A DNA stretch of 64,000 bases from contig CAWCNS010000005.1 of NCBI GenBank assembly GCA_963796965.1, positions 704,001 through 768,000 of the forward strand, given 5' to 3'. A program made the translations under genes and the position numbers. Numbering within the stretch: position 1 is the first letter of the stretch; each line of letters begins with the position of its first letter. The stretch is from Calditrichia bacterium. Lineage in GTDB: Bacteria > Calditrichota > Calditrichia > JAJRVZ01. Shown here piece by piece: positions 40,736 through 51,609 of this stretch. The notes under the pieces are model-generated. The model searched no databases, was not told the origin of the DNA, and worked only from the letters and a program-made list of their open reading frames with translations.

Positions 40736-43387
40736 TCACGGTTTTAACACCAGTGAGACCGGTGCATAGGCAGGCATCTCCACCTTGAGGATCCCCTTCT
40801 CAATCGGTACCGATTTATTCGTTAATTCTCCTCTTAAATTACAATATTGTGCTGATTTAAACTGTGACTTTTGAGGCAGGGTAATCTTACATGTCCCACT
40901 GTTCCCAGCGTTTTCCCACAATCGGAGCAAGGTTCCTTCCCCATGTGGATTCTCATAAAAAGCGGTAGCAAAAACGCCTTTCATTGACAGGGTTATACCA
41001 GAAGAACTTGGAGGCAGCCTGCCAGCCTCTGTGTTGACCATAGCCGTTCTCAGAGGAACCCGTGCTTCCTCCGAAGGCCTGACTAAGGCACTTTCATTAT
41101 CATAGGATTCAATTGCCCATAAATAAAAACGCGTCGACCAGGAACCTTCTATCCATTCTGTAAAATTTGTACTCCACTGATTGTTGTAGAGATTAAAAAA
41201 CACAACAGGCTTTTTCGGAATTCTATATCCGCTATACTGCCACAACCCGGGTTTTTCAAGGCTGATGGCAGGGACATCCGGTGAACAGATCCCCACTCCT
41301 CTTCCCTGATCATCGACGATCGCCATCCCCGAGTTTAGAAAGCAATAATCGAAATTAGAACCCCTGATAAAATCTTTTGTTGGATCAACAATTCCACCCA
41401 GCCGTCCGAGTTTGAATTCCGGATCATCCAGATTCAGTGGGAAACACATCCACCCGGCCTCTGGCCAGGGTTCTGCGGGTTTGTTCTCAATATGCCATAT
41501 AATTTCAACATATGGTAAACCAGCATATAAGGTTATTGTCAGAGAATAATCATGGCAATTTTCACCCTTGTGGGTAAAAATCATGACCATACGTTCCGAG
41601 AGTAAATCTCTTGTAAAAAGTATTTTAGGATTTGAATTTGTAAGAGCCTTATAGGGCTCGTCGGAGAGACCGGGACGCCCCATTTCATTTAATGCCCAGT
41701 TCCAGCCACCCTTTACATAGGCTGTGGTATAAGCAACTGTATTTTCTTTACTAAATCTTTCATAGAGATACTGTCCAAACTGATATTGAGCTTCTTTCTC
41801 CACCAACTCCTGTCCGGTTTTTTTATTAATCAGAGAGGAAATTGCACCTGAGACAGGATCAATTCGGATCTTAAAAAATTCATTCTCCAATGAATTAGAA
41901 GAGGCGGATGGTTGGAGATCTTCTTCAATAGGAGTAGCAGGTATATAGGATTTGTAACCCATTGGGGGAACATCATGGGCTACAAATTTAATGACGTTAT
42001 TTTTATTGATTACATTGAGAGATTTTCCGGAATCGAGATCTTGTATGGCTTTTATTGGATTCCATTTTGAAGAAATCTGCAAGGTTACCAATCCATCTCT
42101 TGTCCAGGGTAAGGGATTGTAGACAACAATCCTCCGGCCCTTTACATTAATGGCTTTTCCGAGTTCATGAAGCTGGCGATTAAATGTGGGGGAGATTATT
42201 TTCTCCGCCTGGTAAATACGATCAGCCTTTTCCTTCCAGGAATCTTCGATCGGCTTATAGACGCCCTTCGCTCTGTTTACCTTAAAATCATCACCATAAC
42301 TCCAATATCCGGAATGGCCGTGCTCCATAGCCAAACCAAAAGTATGCTCATCAAAGAGTAAACAATTTTCAGCTGCCCTCGAAATACTCTCACTTATATC
42401 CCTATTCTCTCCAGACCATATATTCAGTAAAGTATTTAATGATTCCAGAGTAACGATATCTTTTTTGATATGTCGTCCCTTTTTAACTTCCTGTGGCATG
42501 GACATAAAACCATGAATCCAGGTGTCAGGCATATCTCCCCTGATAACCTCCAAATCAGGCTCTTCCGCCATCAGGGCATCATAAAAATCAGAAATTCGTC
42601 CTATTCGGATTTTCGCATTGGGTGCTAATTTACGCGTCTTTTCTAAAATCTCCTTCACCTGCGAAGGTGGCGGTGGTCCCTGATTATCATTTGTATGAAT
42701 AATTGCTAACCAGGTTTTATAGGGCCACCCATCCGGGGGGATTAAACTTGTTCCATAACTTCCTGCCCAATACATGGTCATCAAGCGGGACCCATCAGGA
42801 CCTTCCCACCAGAACAGAAGTGGTATCTCTGGCGAACTAGAAGCAAGATTACATCCAATATGAAGTAGTTTCACCCCGGCATGATTTAAGAGGGTCGGTA
42901 TAAACCAGGAATGACTGGGGACATCGGTTAACTTGGCGTCGCGGGGGAGATCAATATTATATCTTCTTGATATATTTGTAGAAAAGTCTAAACCTCTTAC
43001 CAACATTTCCGGATCACAGGCCTCCGTTTCAACTGTAAATGGAAGGGCATGAATGACAAACCAACCTTGTCGTATGGCGTCTTCGATTTTGGGTTTGAGG
43101 TGTGGTTCAGAACGATTTAAAATTTGCTCCATAGGCCAGGCAGGTAAGGTCCAGACAAAATGTTTCTCCTTTGGCAGATCCTTTGTTTCCTCCAGGACAT
43201 CCAAGGCACTACTTATCATTGAAGAACTGTATTTTTGTAACACCGCTTCGGCAAGATCCGTATAACCGATATCAAAGTGGGTCTTAAATACGAAGATGAC
43301 TTCTTCAACATCCTCATTTATCTCTTCCTGAGCATGCAAAGATGACAATAAGCCAATACAGATTAACACGAAAAAGATATAGCGCAT
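40736..43387 (-). CDS. GH38 alpha-mannosidase-like glycoside hydrolase
   Basis: Signal peptide; KTHFDIGYTD, TDVPSHSW, FWWEGPDGS, VYNPLPW, LENEFFKI. Confidence 0.85.
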   Translation of the reverse strand: MRYIFFVLICIGLLSSLHAQEEINEDVEEVIFVFKTHFDIGYTDLAEAVLQKYSSSMISSALDVLEETKDLPKEKHFVWTLPAWPMEQILNRSEPHLKPKIEDAIRQGWFVIHALPFTVETEACDPEMLVRGLDFSTNISRRYNIDLPRDAKLTDVPSHSWFIPTLLNHAGVKLLHIGCNLASSSPEIPLLFWWEGPDGSRLMTMYWAGSYGTSLIPPDGWPYKTWLAIIHTNDNQGPPPPSQVKEILEKTRKLAPNAKIRIGRISDFYDALMAEEPDLEVIRGDMPDTWIHGFMSMPQEVKKGRHIKKDIVTLESLNTLLNIWSGENRDISESISRAAENCLLFDEHTFGLAMEHGHSGYWSYGDDFKVNRAKGVYKPIEDSWKEKADRIYQAEKIISPTFNRQLHELGKAINVKGRRIVVYNPLPWTRDGLVTLQISSKWNPIKAIQDLDSGKSLNVINKNNVIKFVAHDVPPMGYKSYIPATPIEEDLQPSASSNSLENEFFKIRIDPVSGAISSLINKKTGQELVEKEAQYQFGQYLYERFSKENTVAYTTAYVKGGWNWALNEMGRPGLSDEPYKALTNSNPKILFTRDLLSERMVMIFTHKGENCHDYSLTITLYAGLPYVEIIWHIENKPAEPWPEAGWMCFPLNLDDPEFKLGRLGGIVDPTKDFIRGSNFDYCFLNSGMAIVDDQGRGVGICSPDVPAISLEKPGLWQYSGYRIPKKPVVFFNLYNNQWSTNFTEWIEGSWSTRFYLWAIESYDNESALVRPSEEARVPLRTAMVNTEAGRLPPSSSGITLSMKGVFATAFYENPHGEGTLLRLWENAGNSGTCKITLPQKSQFKSAQYCNLRGELTNKSVPIEKGILKVEMPAYAPVSLVLKP

Positions 43388-43540
43388 AGAGCACCTTCTA
43401 TTTATTATATTACTATAATAATACGAACAAACGCCGAGGGAGCTGTCCTATTCTTCCTTTCAAAGAAGAACTCATTTTACTTTTATCAATTGTAATTAAA
43501 TTTGTATTTCCAAAAAATTGTTTCTGCTAAAAAACTATAT

Positions 43541-43629
43541 ATTCAACCCTTTCAGGGTTCTCTTAGTTCTTTAAATATCTTTTCCCAGGGCGTTGCCCTG
43601 GGCTTGAATCTTTTTCCCTTACAGGGAAT
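43541..43629. repeat. About 90-bp palindromic element, copy 2
   Basis: ATTCAACCCTTTCAGGGTT...TTCCCAGGGCGTTGCCCTGGGCT...CCCTTACAGGGAAT. Confidence 0.85.
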
Positions 43630-43871
43630 AATTAATTAAATACTTTCGTCTTATTTTTAGCTGCCGTGTTGCTAACCTGCCTCAGGATGTGTATCCATCT
43701 ATGAGAAATTCCTGTAATTCGACCCAATTCGTGAAATTCGTGGATATCTTTTTATCTCGATGCTCTCTTCACTCTTCTCTCTTCTCTTGTCATTGGATTC
43801 GTGACTGCCGATCAATCAACGCACGGCCGTGCGTCGCTACTTCCTCTACTCTCTGCGCTCCACAACCATCT

Positions 43872-45830
43872 CTATTCCACAATAATCTCGTCTACAAATA
43901 ACCAGGCTTTGCCACCCGCACCGGGATGCCAGTCGGGACAAACGGCCGGGTTTTTTGCCACGACCCTCACAAATCTTACGGGCTGGTTAATTTGCTTAGA
44001 CCTGTACAGATTTATAAAGGCAATACCCCCTTCTGCCCGTTCCCTCATCGATTCTGATGGCAGCAAGGTATAGGTGTTCCCATCCTGTGATACAAAGATA
44101 TCCACCTTTTCAGGTGGAAAAATCCAGCTATCCAATTTTTCAAGAAAACGCACCGTAATTGTATTAATTCGCGTTGTTTTCTTTAGATCAATGGTGGCAT
44201 GTACATCATCAACCTCAAATCCCAGCCATTTATCATAATAAAAAGCCCAACGGGGACTGACATTATTGATAATACCATCAGTCAGAGGATAGTTACTTTC
44301 CGCGGTATATTTAGGCGAATTCTTATATTTTAATGTCATAGGTGCGCTAACACCAAGATGTGTAATAGAGCGCGTTGGATTTTTAGGTCCCCTAATCTCG
44401 TTTGTCTCCTGATAAATTTCCCGTAATTGATCTAATTCGCCTTTTAATTGTTTGGTAAGATTTGCATAAGCAGGATGGGCAGAAACGTTATAGTATTCAC
44501 GGGGATCATTTTGCAGATCAAAAAGCTCATAATAGGGTTCCTCTTTGTATCCGGGAAAATGGATCAGTTTATAATTTTCGGTTCGGACCCCATATTGTTC
44601 AGGTATGTCATACCCGGTATAATAATGATAATAGATTTTATCCCTCCAGTTTTCAACTTTTTTCCCCTCTATAATGGACCGAAAGGACTTTCCTTGAATA
44701 TCACCCGGTACAGGAACACCTGCATAGTCCAAAAATGTAGGGGCAAAATCAATATTCTGCACCATTTCTTTTGAGACAGATCCGGACTTGACATACTCCG
44801 GATAACGGATAATAAATGGAATCTTCAACGCCTCTTCATACATCCACATTTTATTATAATAACCATGATCTCCAAGAAAGAAACCATTATCAGAGGTGTA
44901 GATTACAATTGTGTTATCTCTCAACCCGTTTTTATCAATATAATCTAATAGCCTGCCAATATTTTCATCCAGAGAAGCGACTAACCGCAAATAGCCCTTC
45001 ATAAAGGTCTGATACATGATCCTGGTCCGCTCTTGTCGTTGAGGATGTTTTTTCACCAGTTCTTCATATTGGGGATAATTACAATCGGCTATTTTGGAAT
45101 AACCTCCTGCCATTTCGCTGGCTGGAATTCGGGACAGCCATTCGTCATACAGGGTCTCAGTTTCGGGTAAATCCTTATTATTATAAAGATCCGCATACTT
45201 AGGATGTGGATCATGGGGGCCATGAGGAGCCTTATGATGTACCATTAAAAAAAAGGGTTTATCCGGATTTCTTTTATCCAGCCATTTCTCAGCCTGGTCC
45301 GTAATCACATCGGTAAGATACCCTTCGATCTCTTCTCCACCGGCAACACCATCCCGCCACATTTTTCCCGTTTTCTTAAACCGGCAGTTAAAATAGCGTC
45401 CATGTCCGGGAATAACATTATAATAATCGAAACCGGTAGGCTCTGACTTTAAATGCCATTTTCCAACGATGGCCGTCTGGTAGCCTGCTTTCTGCAGAAG
45501 TTTGGGAAAAGTCTGTTGACTGCCGTCGAAACTATATCCATTTTGCAGAAATCCGTTTTTATGATTAAACTTTCCGGTGAGAATTGTTGCCCGGGAAGGG
45601 GCACAGATGGCATTTGTGGTCATCATTTTCTCAAAACGCATTCCCTCTTGTGCCAGGCGGTCTATATGAAGTGTTTGATTGATTTGACTTCCATAGCAAC
45701 TGATAGCATGAGAAGCATGATCATCACTCATGATAAATATAATATTGGGTTGTTTATCTTTATTGCAGGCCAGAAGAAACCCAGAGACTAAGACCACAAA
45801 CAGCCGGATGAGATATCTACTCTTAAGCAT
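43872..45830 (-). CDS. S1 sulfatase (GlcNAc-6-sulfatase-like) lipoprotein with C-terminal F5/8-like domain
   Basis: PNIIFIMSDDH, CAPSRATILTG, GKWHL, HKAPH, SDNGFFLG; lipobox LLAC. Confidence 0.93.
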   Translation of the reverse strand: MLKSRYLIRLFVVLVSGFLLACNKDKQPNIIFIMSDDHASHAISCYGSQINQTLHIDRLAQEGMRFEKMMTTNAICAPSRATILTGKFNHKNGFLQNGYSFDGSQQTFPKLLQKAGYQTAIVGKWHLKSEPTGFDYYNVIPGHGRYFNCRFKKTGKMWRDGVAGGEEIEGYLTDVITDQAEKWLDKRNPDKPFFLMVHHKAPHGPHDPHPKYADLYNNKDLPETETLYDEWLSRIPASEMAGGYSKIADCNYPQYEELVKKHPQRQERTRIMYQTFMKGYLRLVASLDENIGRLLDYIDKNGLRDNTIVIYTSDNGFFLGDHGYYNKMWMYEEALKIPFIIRYPEYVKSGSVSKEMVQNIDFAPTFLDYAGVPVPGDIQGKSFRSIIEGKKVENWRDKIYYHYYTGYDIPEQYGVRTENYKLIHFPGYKEEPYYELFDLQNDPREYYNVSAHPAYANLTKQLKGELDQLREIYQETNEIRGPKNPTRSITHLGVSAPMTLKYKNSPKYTAESNYPLTDGIINNVSPRWAFYYDKWLGFEVDDVHATIDLKKTTRINTITVRFLEKLDSWIFPPEKVDIFVSQDGNTYTLLPSESMRERAEGGIAFINLYRSKQINQPVRFVRVVAKNPAVCPDWHPGAGGKAWLFVDEIIVE

Positions 45831-45879
45831 TGTGTATTTATCCTCATATATCTAATATGAATCAAATGATCTTCTTTTC

Positions 45880-45969
45880 GACAGGATCACCGGATTAACA
45901 GGATTATATATTAATGTCTTTTGTATAAAGATTCCGAATTCCCAATCCTGATATTCCTGTGATCCTGTC
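45880..45969. repeat. GACAGGAT...ATCCTGTC inverted 9-mer-type element
   Basis: GACAGGATCACCGGATTAACAGGATT ... AATCCTGATATTCCTGTGATCCTGTC; partial relative near 55699. Confidence 0.7.
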
Positions 45970-46026
45970 TATTATTTATTTCCTAAATACTGTAATAGTA
46001 GAATTTTAGAGTCGGCATCTAACATA

Positions 46027-47463
46027 TCAAAAATTCCATTCGTTCACAGGTGAGGGCGTTCTGTTGGCCATCAAAGTGATGAGTTCCTTAACAATATCTG
46101 GATATGAATCAGCAATATTCTGGTTTTCCCCAGGATCTTTTACCAGGTCATATAACTCGGCAGGTTTGGGTTTGTTTGTTTTCACATCATAAATAACCAG
46201 TTTCCACGGACCTTTTCTAATTGCCCGCCGCCCACCTCTTTCGTGAAATTCCCAGTACAAATAGTCATGTTTTGGTTGCTCATTTCCCATTAATGTGGGT
46301 AAAAAGGATATACCGTCAATATTTTTTGGTGTTTCTGCACCGCATATATCAGTAAGGGTGGGCAAGACATCCCAGAAGGCAGAGATATGATCACTCGTCG
46401 TCCCGGCTGTTATTTTACCCGGCCATTTCGCGATCATAGGGACACGGATACCCCCTTCATAAAGATCGCGTTTATAGCCCCGATATATACCATTACTATC
46501 AAAATAATCTGGATCTGCACCGCCTTCGTGATGCGGACCATTATCAGAGGAAAAGATAATAAGTGTATTCTTTTCCAAACCCATCTCTTTAACTTTAGCA
46601 ACAATTTCACCGACCTGTTCATCCAACAAGTCTACCATGCCTGCAAAGGCAGCATGTGATTCAGATTGTGAACCATAACCACCAATTTTATAGCCCTTGC
46701 ATCCGGGATCACATCCTTTATAGACCTTCTCCGGCTCCATTCGGCCACGGTATTTTGCTATATTCCTATCTGGCGCTTTTAATTCAGCATGGGGTATGAT
46801 ACTTGGGACATATAAAAAGAAGGGTTTATCTTTATTATTTTCAATAAAGGAGATGATTTGCTCTTGTATCAAAAGTGGTGCATAGATACCCTCACGTTCC
46901 CCATCATTTTCCTTCAGCATAACTTTTTCCGAATTATTCCATAAATAATGGGGATAATAAATATGTGCCAGACGCTGGCAATTATATCCATAAAAACGAT
47001 CAAAGCCCTGATTTACGGGGTCACCTTCTGAACCCGGAGGTCCAAGTCCCCATTTACCAAAAGCACCGGTCTTATAACCGGCTTCTTTTAATATCTCCGC
47101 CAGCGTGACAATCTCGTTAGAAAGGGGATATTGCCCTTCCGGGCCTGCATCTTTGTTCCCCCTTACTAATGTATTTCCCGTATGCATCCCTGTCATTAAT
47201 ACACTTCTGGAAGGCGCACAGACGGTAGAACCTGAATAATGTTGTGTGAATCGCATACCATCTGCTGCTAGGGCATCTATATTCGGTGTTTTAATTTTTT
47301 TTTGACCAAAACATCCAAGATCGCCATAACCTAGATCATCAGCAAGAATATAGATAATATTCGGTTTGTTAGAACCAATTGATTGTATCTCTTCTGCATT
47401 TGCATGCGTAACCACCAGTAAGATAACAATTAGACCGGAGAACAAATTTTTGAGTATATTCAT
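46027..47463 (-). CDS. S1 arylsulfatase
   Basis: Signal peptide; ILADDLGYGD, CAPSRSVLMTG, GKWGL, SDNG, GGIRVP. Confidence 0.95.
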   Translation of the reverse strand: MNILKNLFSGLIVILLVVTHANAEEIQSIGSNKPNIIYILADDLGYGDLGCFGQKKIKTPNIDALAADGMRFTQHYSGSTVCAPSRSVLMTGMHTGNTLVRGNKDAGPEGQYPLSNEIVTLAEILKEAGYKTGAFGKWGLGPPGSEGDPVNQGFDRFYGYNCQRLAHIYYPHYLWNNSEKVMLKENDGEREGIYAPLLIQEQIISFIENNKDKPFFLYVPSIIPHAELKAPDRNIAKYRGRMEPEKVYKGCDPGCKGYKIGGYGSQSESHAAFAGMVDLLDEQVGEIVAKVKEMGLEKNTLIIFSSDNGPHHEGGADPDYFDSNGIYRGYKRDLYEGGIRVPMIAKWPGKITAGTTSDHISAFWDVLPTLTDICGAETPKNIDGISFLPTLMGNEQPKHDYLYWEFHERGGRRAIRKGPWKLVIYDVKTNKPKPAELYDLVKDPGENQNIADSYPDIVKELITLMANRTPSPVNEWNF

Positions 47464-47641
47464 AATTCACGTACCTCATATTATCTGGGTTTGAGAAACC
47501 CGGGAATGTCATTCCGAATTTATTTCGGAATCTTTATCCTCAATTAAATCAATGGAATTTATCGGAACAGGAGGACATAGATCAGATCGGACAAAGCCGT
47601 TTTAGTTAATATTTATTCTTTTTGCTTAATTTGGATAGATT

Positions 47642-49246
47642 TTAGATTCGATTCAAGAGATGGAAGAGAGATTTATTTTTGGTATATAATTGTTTAAACA
47701 CCCTGAATTTCTCATCGTAAAGCACCCGATACGCATCTCTGGGATGATACGAATGTTCTAGTGGTACATAGTTTTTAATTTCTTTATATGATTTAATCAC
47801 CCCCAGACCTACAGCCGCTATCATGGCTGCACCAATCGCTCCCACGTCCTGAGGGCGGGAGATCGTCTCAATGGTTCGCCCGGTGACATCGGCCATAATT
47901 TGACTCCAGGTCTCTGACTTCGCACCCCCACCGACAAAGCGGATCGTTTTTTGATAGGGTATCTTCTTTTCTATAGCCTCTAACATCCAGCGCTTATGGA
48001 GAGCTACCCCCTCAAGGACAGCCCGAATAAGATCGCGTTTTCCCGTATTCAAACCAATATTAAAAAACATGGCCCGGCTGTAGGGATCCTGTGCGGGAGC
48101 CCGGTTTCCATGTAGCCAGGGTGTAAAAATCACTCCCCCGGCACCAGGTGGTGTTTCATCAACCGTTTTATTAAGCAAATCATATAAATGATCATATTTT
48201 TCCTGAGGATCATCACTCTCACGATTAGCCAGATAAACACCGATCTCATCAAGAGCCAGGTGATCACGTACCCATTTCAGACAGATACCAGAGGTTTCCT
48301 GTTCAGCAATATAATGATAAAGGTCAGGTATCGCCCCCAAAATAGAGGCCATAAAATGGGTCACATCCACCTTACGTTTATCATGGTTTGATATTACCCA
48401 TCCTGAAGTACCGACATAGATATGGGTGTCGTATAAATCGCTACATCCCGAGCCCAGCGAAATACAGGAGGTATCCCCGCCCCCACCATATACCGGAGTA
48501 CCCGCCATCAAACCCAATTCAGATGAAGCCTTTTCGGTTAGACCTCCTACCACATCCGTTGCCTGAATCACCTCGGGAAGATGATTTTTATCCACATCAA
48601 ACAAGCGACATAAACTAGCACTCCATTCACCCCGCCCGGGTCTGGTATTGTATAAAAAAGTGATATTCGCAGAGTCCGGGGTCATGGCTAAGCGACCGGT
48701 GCAACGTAGCGTCAAATATTCTTTTACATCCAGCCATTTATATAAATTTTGAAACAGGTGGGGTTCATTTTCACGCATCCACTGGTATTTCCACAAGGGA
48801 TCTTTGGCTGTTCCGGCAATACCACCGGTAATATAAAGCGACTTAACTAGTTTTCGGACATTGATAGATTCAATACGCAAGAGTCCGCGGTTAAGGGATT
48901 TTTCGATTTGATCAGTGGCACGCCCATCCAGATAGATCATCGGATTACGCAGGGACTTTCCGTTTTTATCAACCGGTACAAATCCTTGCATCTGACAGCA
49001 AAATGTAATGGCAGAAATTTCGTCTGCCCTTATTCTGGAGGATATTAAAATATCCTTTGTTGTTTTACAAACAGCCTGCCACCAGTCCTCTGCCACTTGT
49101 TCGGCACCCCCATCTTCTGTCATGTATAAGGGGTACTCACAAATTTGGGAGTCAATAAATTCCAATTGATCACCCAGGCGGTATAGACAGGTTTTGTTCC
49201 CCGTTGTTCCGATATCATAGGCTAAGATATAAACAGCTCTGTACAT
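47642..49246 (-). CDS. FGGY-family carbohydrate kinase
   Basis: YDIGTTGNK, DGRA, GGGDT, GTSG, PWLHGNRAP, GGGAKS. Confidence 0.93.
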   Translation of the reverse strand: MYRAVYILAYDIGTTGNKTCLYRLGDQLEFIDSQICEYPLYMTEDGGAEQVAEDWWQAVCKTTKDILISSRIRADEISAITFCCQMQGFVPVDKNGKSLRNPMIYLDGRATDQIEKSLNRGLLRIESINVRKLVKSLYITGGIAGTAKDPLWKYQWMRENEPHLFQNLYKWLDVKEYLTLRCTGRLAMTPDSANITFLYNTRPGRGEWSASLCRLFDVDKNHLPEVIQATDVVGGLTEKASSELGLMAGTPVYGGGGDTSCISLGSGCSDLYDTHIYVGTSGWVISNHDKRKVDVTHFMASILGAIPDLYHYIAEQETSGICLKWVRDHLALDEIGVYLANRESDDPQEKYDHLYDLLNKTVDETPPGAGGVIFTPWLHGNRAPAQDPYSRAMFFNIGLNTGKRDLIRAVLEGVALHKRWMLEAIEKKIPYQKTIRFVGGGAKSETWSQIMADVTGRTIETISRPQDVGAIGAAMIAAVGLGVIKSYKEIKNYVPLEHSYHPRDAYRVLYDEKFRVFKQLYTKNKSLFHLLNRI

Positions 49247-49282
49247 AAATTCCGATCTATCTTTAGGGTTTCTTGGGGGGCT

Positions 49283-49693
49283 CTAATATTCAAGTTCTTC
49301 ACGCACGATTTCAATAAGCGTACGTAATTTTACGGCATTAGGCAATTTTCCTTCAATTTTCAATGAACCGGACATATAGGCTGCTGTGGCATCTTTATCC
49401 CCGATAAATATTTGAGCCGCATTATCAGCATTTGTTTTAAGGATATTATCAGGATTATCCATACTGCCGGTAGCATATTCAAATTTACCCTCAGATATTT
49501 TGAGCCAGAAATTTTCGAGACCGTCGATCTCGGTCTGATAGGTACAGGACCAATCTTCAACCTCTTCCTGTACATCCTCGCTCTCGTTACATATCTGACA
49601 AAAAAGTTCCATATATTCCAGTAAATTTTCACTTTCGAATTCACCATCTTCAATTTTTTGATTCATACGCTCTTTTAATTCTTCATTGATCAT
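49283..49693 (-). CDS. SCP2 (sterol carrier protein 2)-domain lipid-binding protein
   Basis: FWLKISEGK...PDNIL...IFIGDKDATAAYMSGSLKIEG, the typical SCP2 C-terminal signature. Confidence 0.85.
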   Translation of the reverse strand: MINEELKERMNQKIEDGEFESENLLEYMELFCQICNESEDVQEEVEDWSCTYQTEIDGLENFWLKISEGKFEYATGSMDNPDNILKTNADNAAQIFIGDKDATAAYMSGSLKIEGKLPNAVKLRTLIEIVREELEY

Positions 49694-50131
49694 CTGTTCT
49701 TCCTTTATCTATTAATTTGAGCCCATTCAATAAAAACTATATACAAAATTACACGTATATCATTTAAACTTAGTAATACTTAAGGATATATATACGTAAC
49801 GACACGAATAAGACAGTGTGAATATTTATAAGTTTCATAGTGTTTTTAACGTTTATAAAATCTGTAATTGTAAGAATAAGTGGTCACGCCTGTCATGCTG
49901 AACTTGTTTCAGCATCTAATATATCTGATTGCTTAGATCCCGAAATCCCGAACAAGGTTCGGGAGGATGACAATTTTGTTTAGCCGTCGAATTAATATAA
50001 ATCCGCGTTATCTAATGTGGTAATCCCCTTCTCATACAATCTCTTAATCGCACAGATACAAGGACAATTGCTTATCCTCCCTACTTAAAGTCCCTCACGC
50101 TTCTCATGAGTGGGATTTAGGACGGGTTCTT

Positions 50132-51583
50132 TTAATCTATGTGTGCAAACACCCTGTCAAAAGCCGCCAACGCCTCCGCGATCACATTATCATCATCAGC
50201 CATACTGGTATACAAACGACTTCCGGCTAAGGTAATCAGACCCTCCGCCATAAAAGCAGCCCCCATTTCTTCCATCATGTGCTTACGTGGTTTTGCCTGA
50301 GCCAATGCATCTGAATCCATAATATCCAGGAGCATCACGGCAGAGGTTTCCACGTGGACAATCGATCCCTGGTTGTAAACGACAAACGGTAAATTTCTAT
50401 TATCCATTATTTGCTTTAAACCCTGACAAAGTTTATCACCGGCTTGTCCTGCTTTAATATGAGCCTGTTGTTTTTCAATTTCCAATATTGAATAGTAACC
50501 GGCAGCGCAACTAAGAGGATTAGCTGAGAGGGTTCCGCCTATATATGCACGTTGTTTACCACTTTGTAAACCAGCTGCAAAACAGGACATAACATCTTTC
50601 CTCCCACCAACCCCTCCTGCAGCGGGATAACCACCGGCAACACATTTCCCAAAAACGGTTAGATCCGGACTGACATCAAAGTATCCTTGTGCCCCACCCA
50701 GCCCCACACGAAATCCGGTAACGACTTCATCAAATATTAATAACGCTCCAAACTCATCACATAATGCCCGCACTTCTCTATTAAAATCAGGGGTCACAGG
50801 TCGGGTACCACTTTCCGGTCCAAGTGGTTCAAGAATGACAGCGGCCGTTCCTCCCTTGCGTTCATTCTTTTCCAGGAGTGACCGTAATCCCTCTAAATCA
50901 TTGGGAAAAAACTCCTGAGTTTCCTTTAAACATCCCCGGGGGATGCCAAAGGCTTCCATAGCCGCGGTACCTGGAACATGTAATCCATACACCATCTGAT
51001 CACTCCATCCGTGATAAGCGCCGCCAACTTTTATAACCTTTGTTTTTTCAGTAAACGTTCGTGCAGCACGGATTGCAGCCATAACACCCTCTGTGCCGCT
51101 CCCCAGCATTCGAAACATTTCCACAGATGGCATATGTTTGCATATTAACTCGGCCAATTTATATTCATACGCGTGAAACAAACCGGTAACCGGCCCGCAG
51201 GTGACAATTAATTCTATTATTTTTTCCTGAACAGGCTTGTAATTATTACCGAGTAGTATCGGTCCTCCAGCTTGTAAAAAATCGATATAGCGGTTGCCGT
51301 CCACATCCCATAAATAGGCTCCCTCTGCGCGTTCAATCGCAATGGGAAAAGGATAGTTAAAAGCCAGATTATGCTGGACTCCCCCAGGGATGATATCCTG
51401 AGCCTGATCGGTGAGTTCTTTTGAACCTATACATTTTGTATCAAAATACGCCAGGTATTCGTTCATTTTTGACCGTTTAATCGGCCGCATCTCAGATTTA
51501 ACCAGATCATCTAACCGCTTAAGAATCTTGTTACTGTCTGGCCAGCTGGAAATTGCATACTGTTCTGAATTCATTGATAGCAT
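50132..51583 (-). CDS. Class III PLP-dependent aminotransferase (HemL-like fold, probably not true HemL)
   Basis: IPGGVQ, WDVDGNRYID, SGTE, YHG, FDEVVTGFR, FGK (PLP Lys), GTLSANP; N-terminal extension of about 50 aa. Confidence 0.93.
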   Translation of the reverse strand: MLSMNSEQYAISSWPDSNKILKRLDDLVKSEMRPIKRSKMNEYLAYFDTKCIGSKELTDQAQDIIPGGVQHNLAFNYPFPIAIERAEGAYLWDVDGNRYIDFLQAGGPILLGNNYKPVQEKIIELIVTCGPVTGLFHAYEYKLAELICKHMPSVEMFRMLGSGTEGVMAAIRAARTFTEKTKVIKVGGAYHGWSDQMVYGLHVPGTAAMEAFGIPRGCLKETQEFFPNDLEGLRSLLEKNERKGGTAAVILEPLGPESGTRPVTPDFNREVRALCDEFGALLIFDEVVTGFRVGLGGAQGYFDVSPDLTVFGKCVAGGYPAAGGVGGRKDVMSCFAAGLQSGKQRAYIGGTLSANPLSCAAGYYSILEIEKQQAHIKAGQAGDKLCQGLKQIMDNRNLPFVVYNQGSIVHVETSAVMLLDIMDSDALAQAKPRKHMMEEMGAAFMAEGLITLAGSRLYTSMADDDNVIAEALAAFDRVFAHID

Positions 51584-51609
51584 ATACTCCTTATAAAAAA
51601 TATTATCCA

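Noticed and set aside
50132..51583. Calling this hemL (tetrapyrrole synthesis)
   Set aside because: No hem genes nearby, has an N-terminal extension, PGGVQH instead of PGGVNS, and sits in a catabolic kinase/aldolase context.
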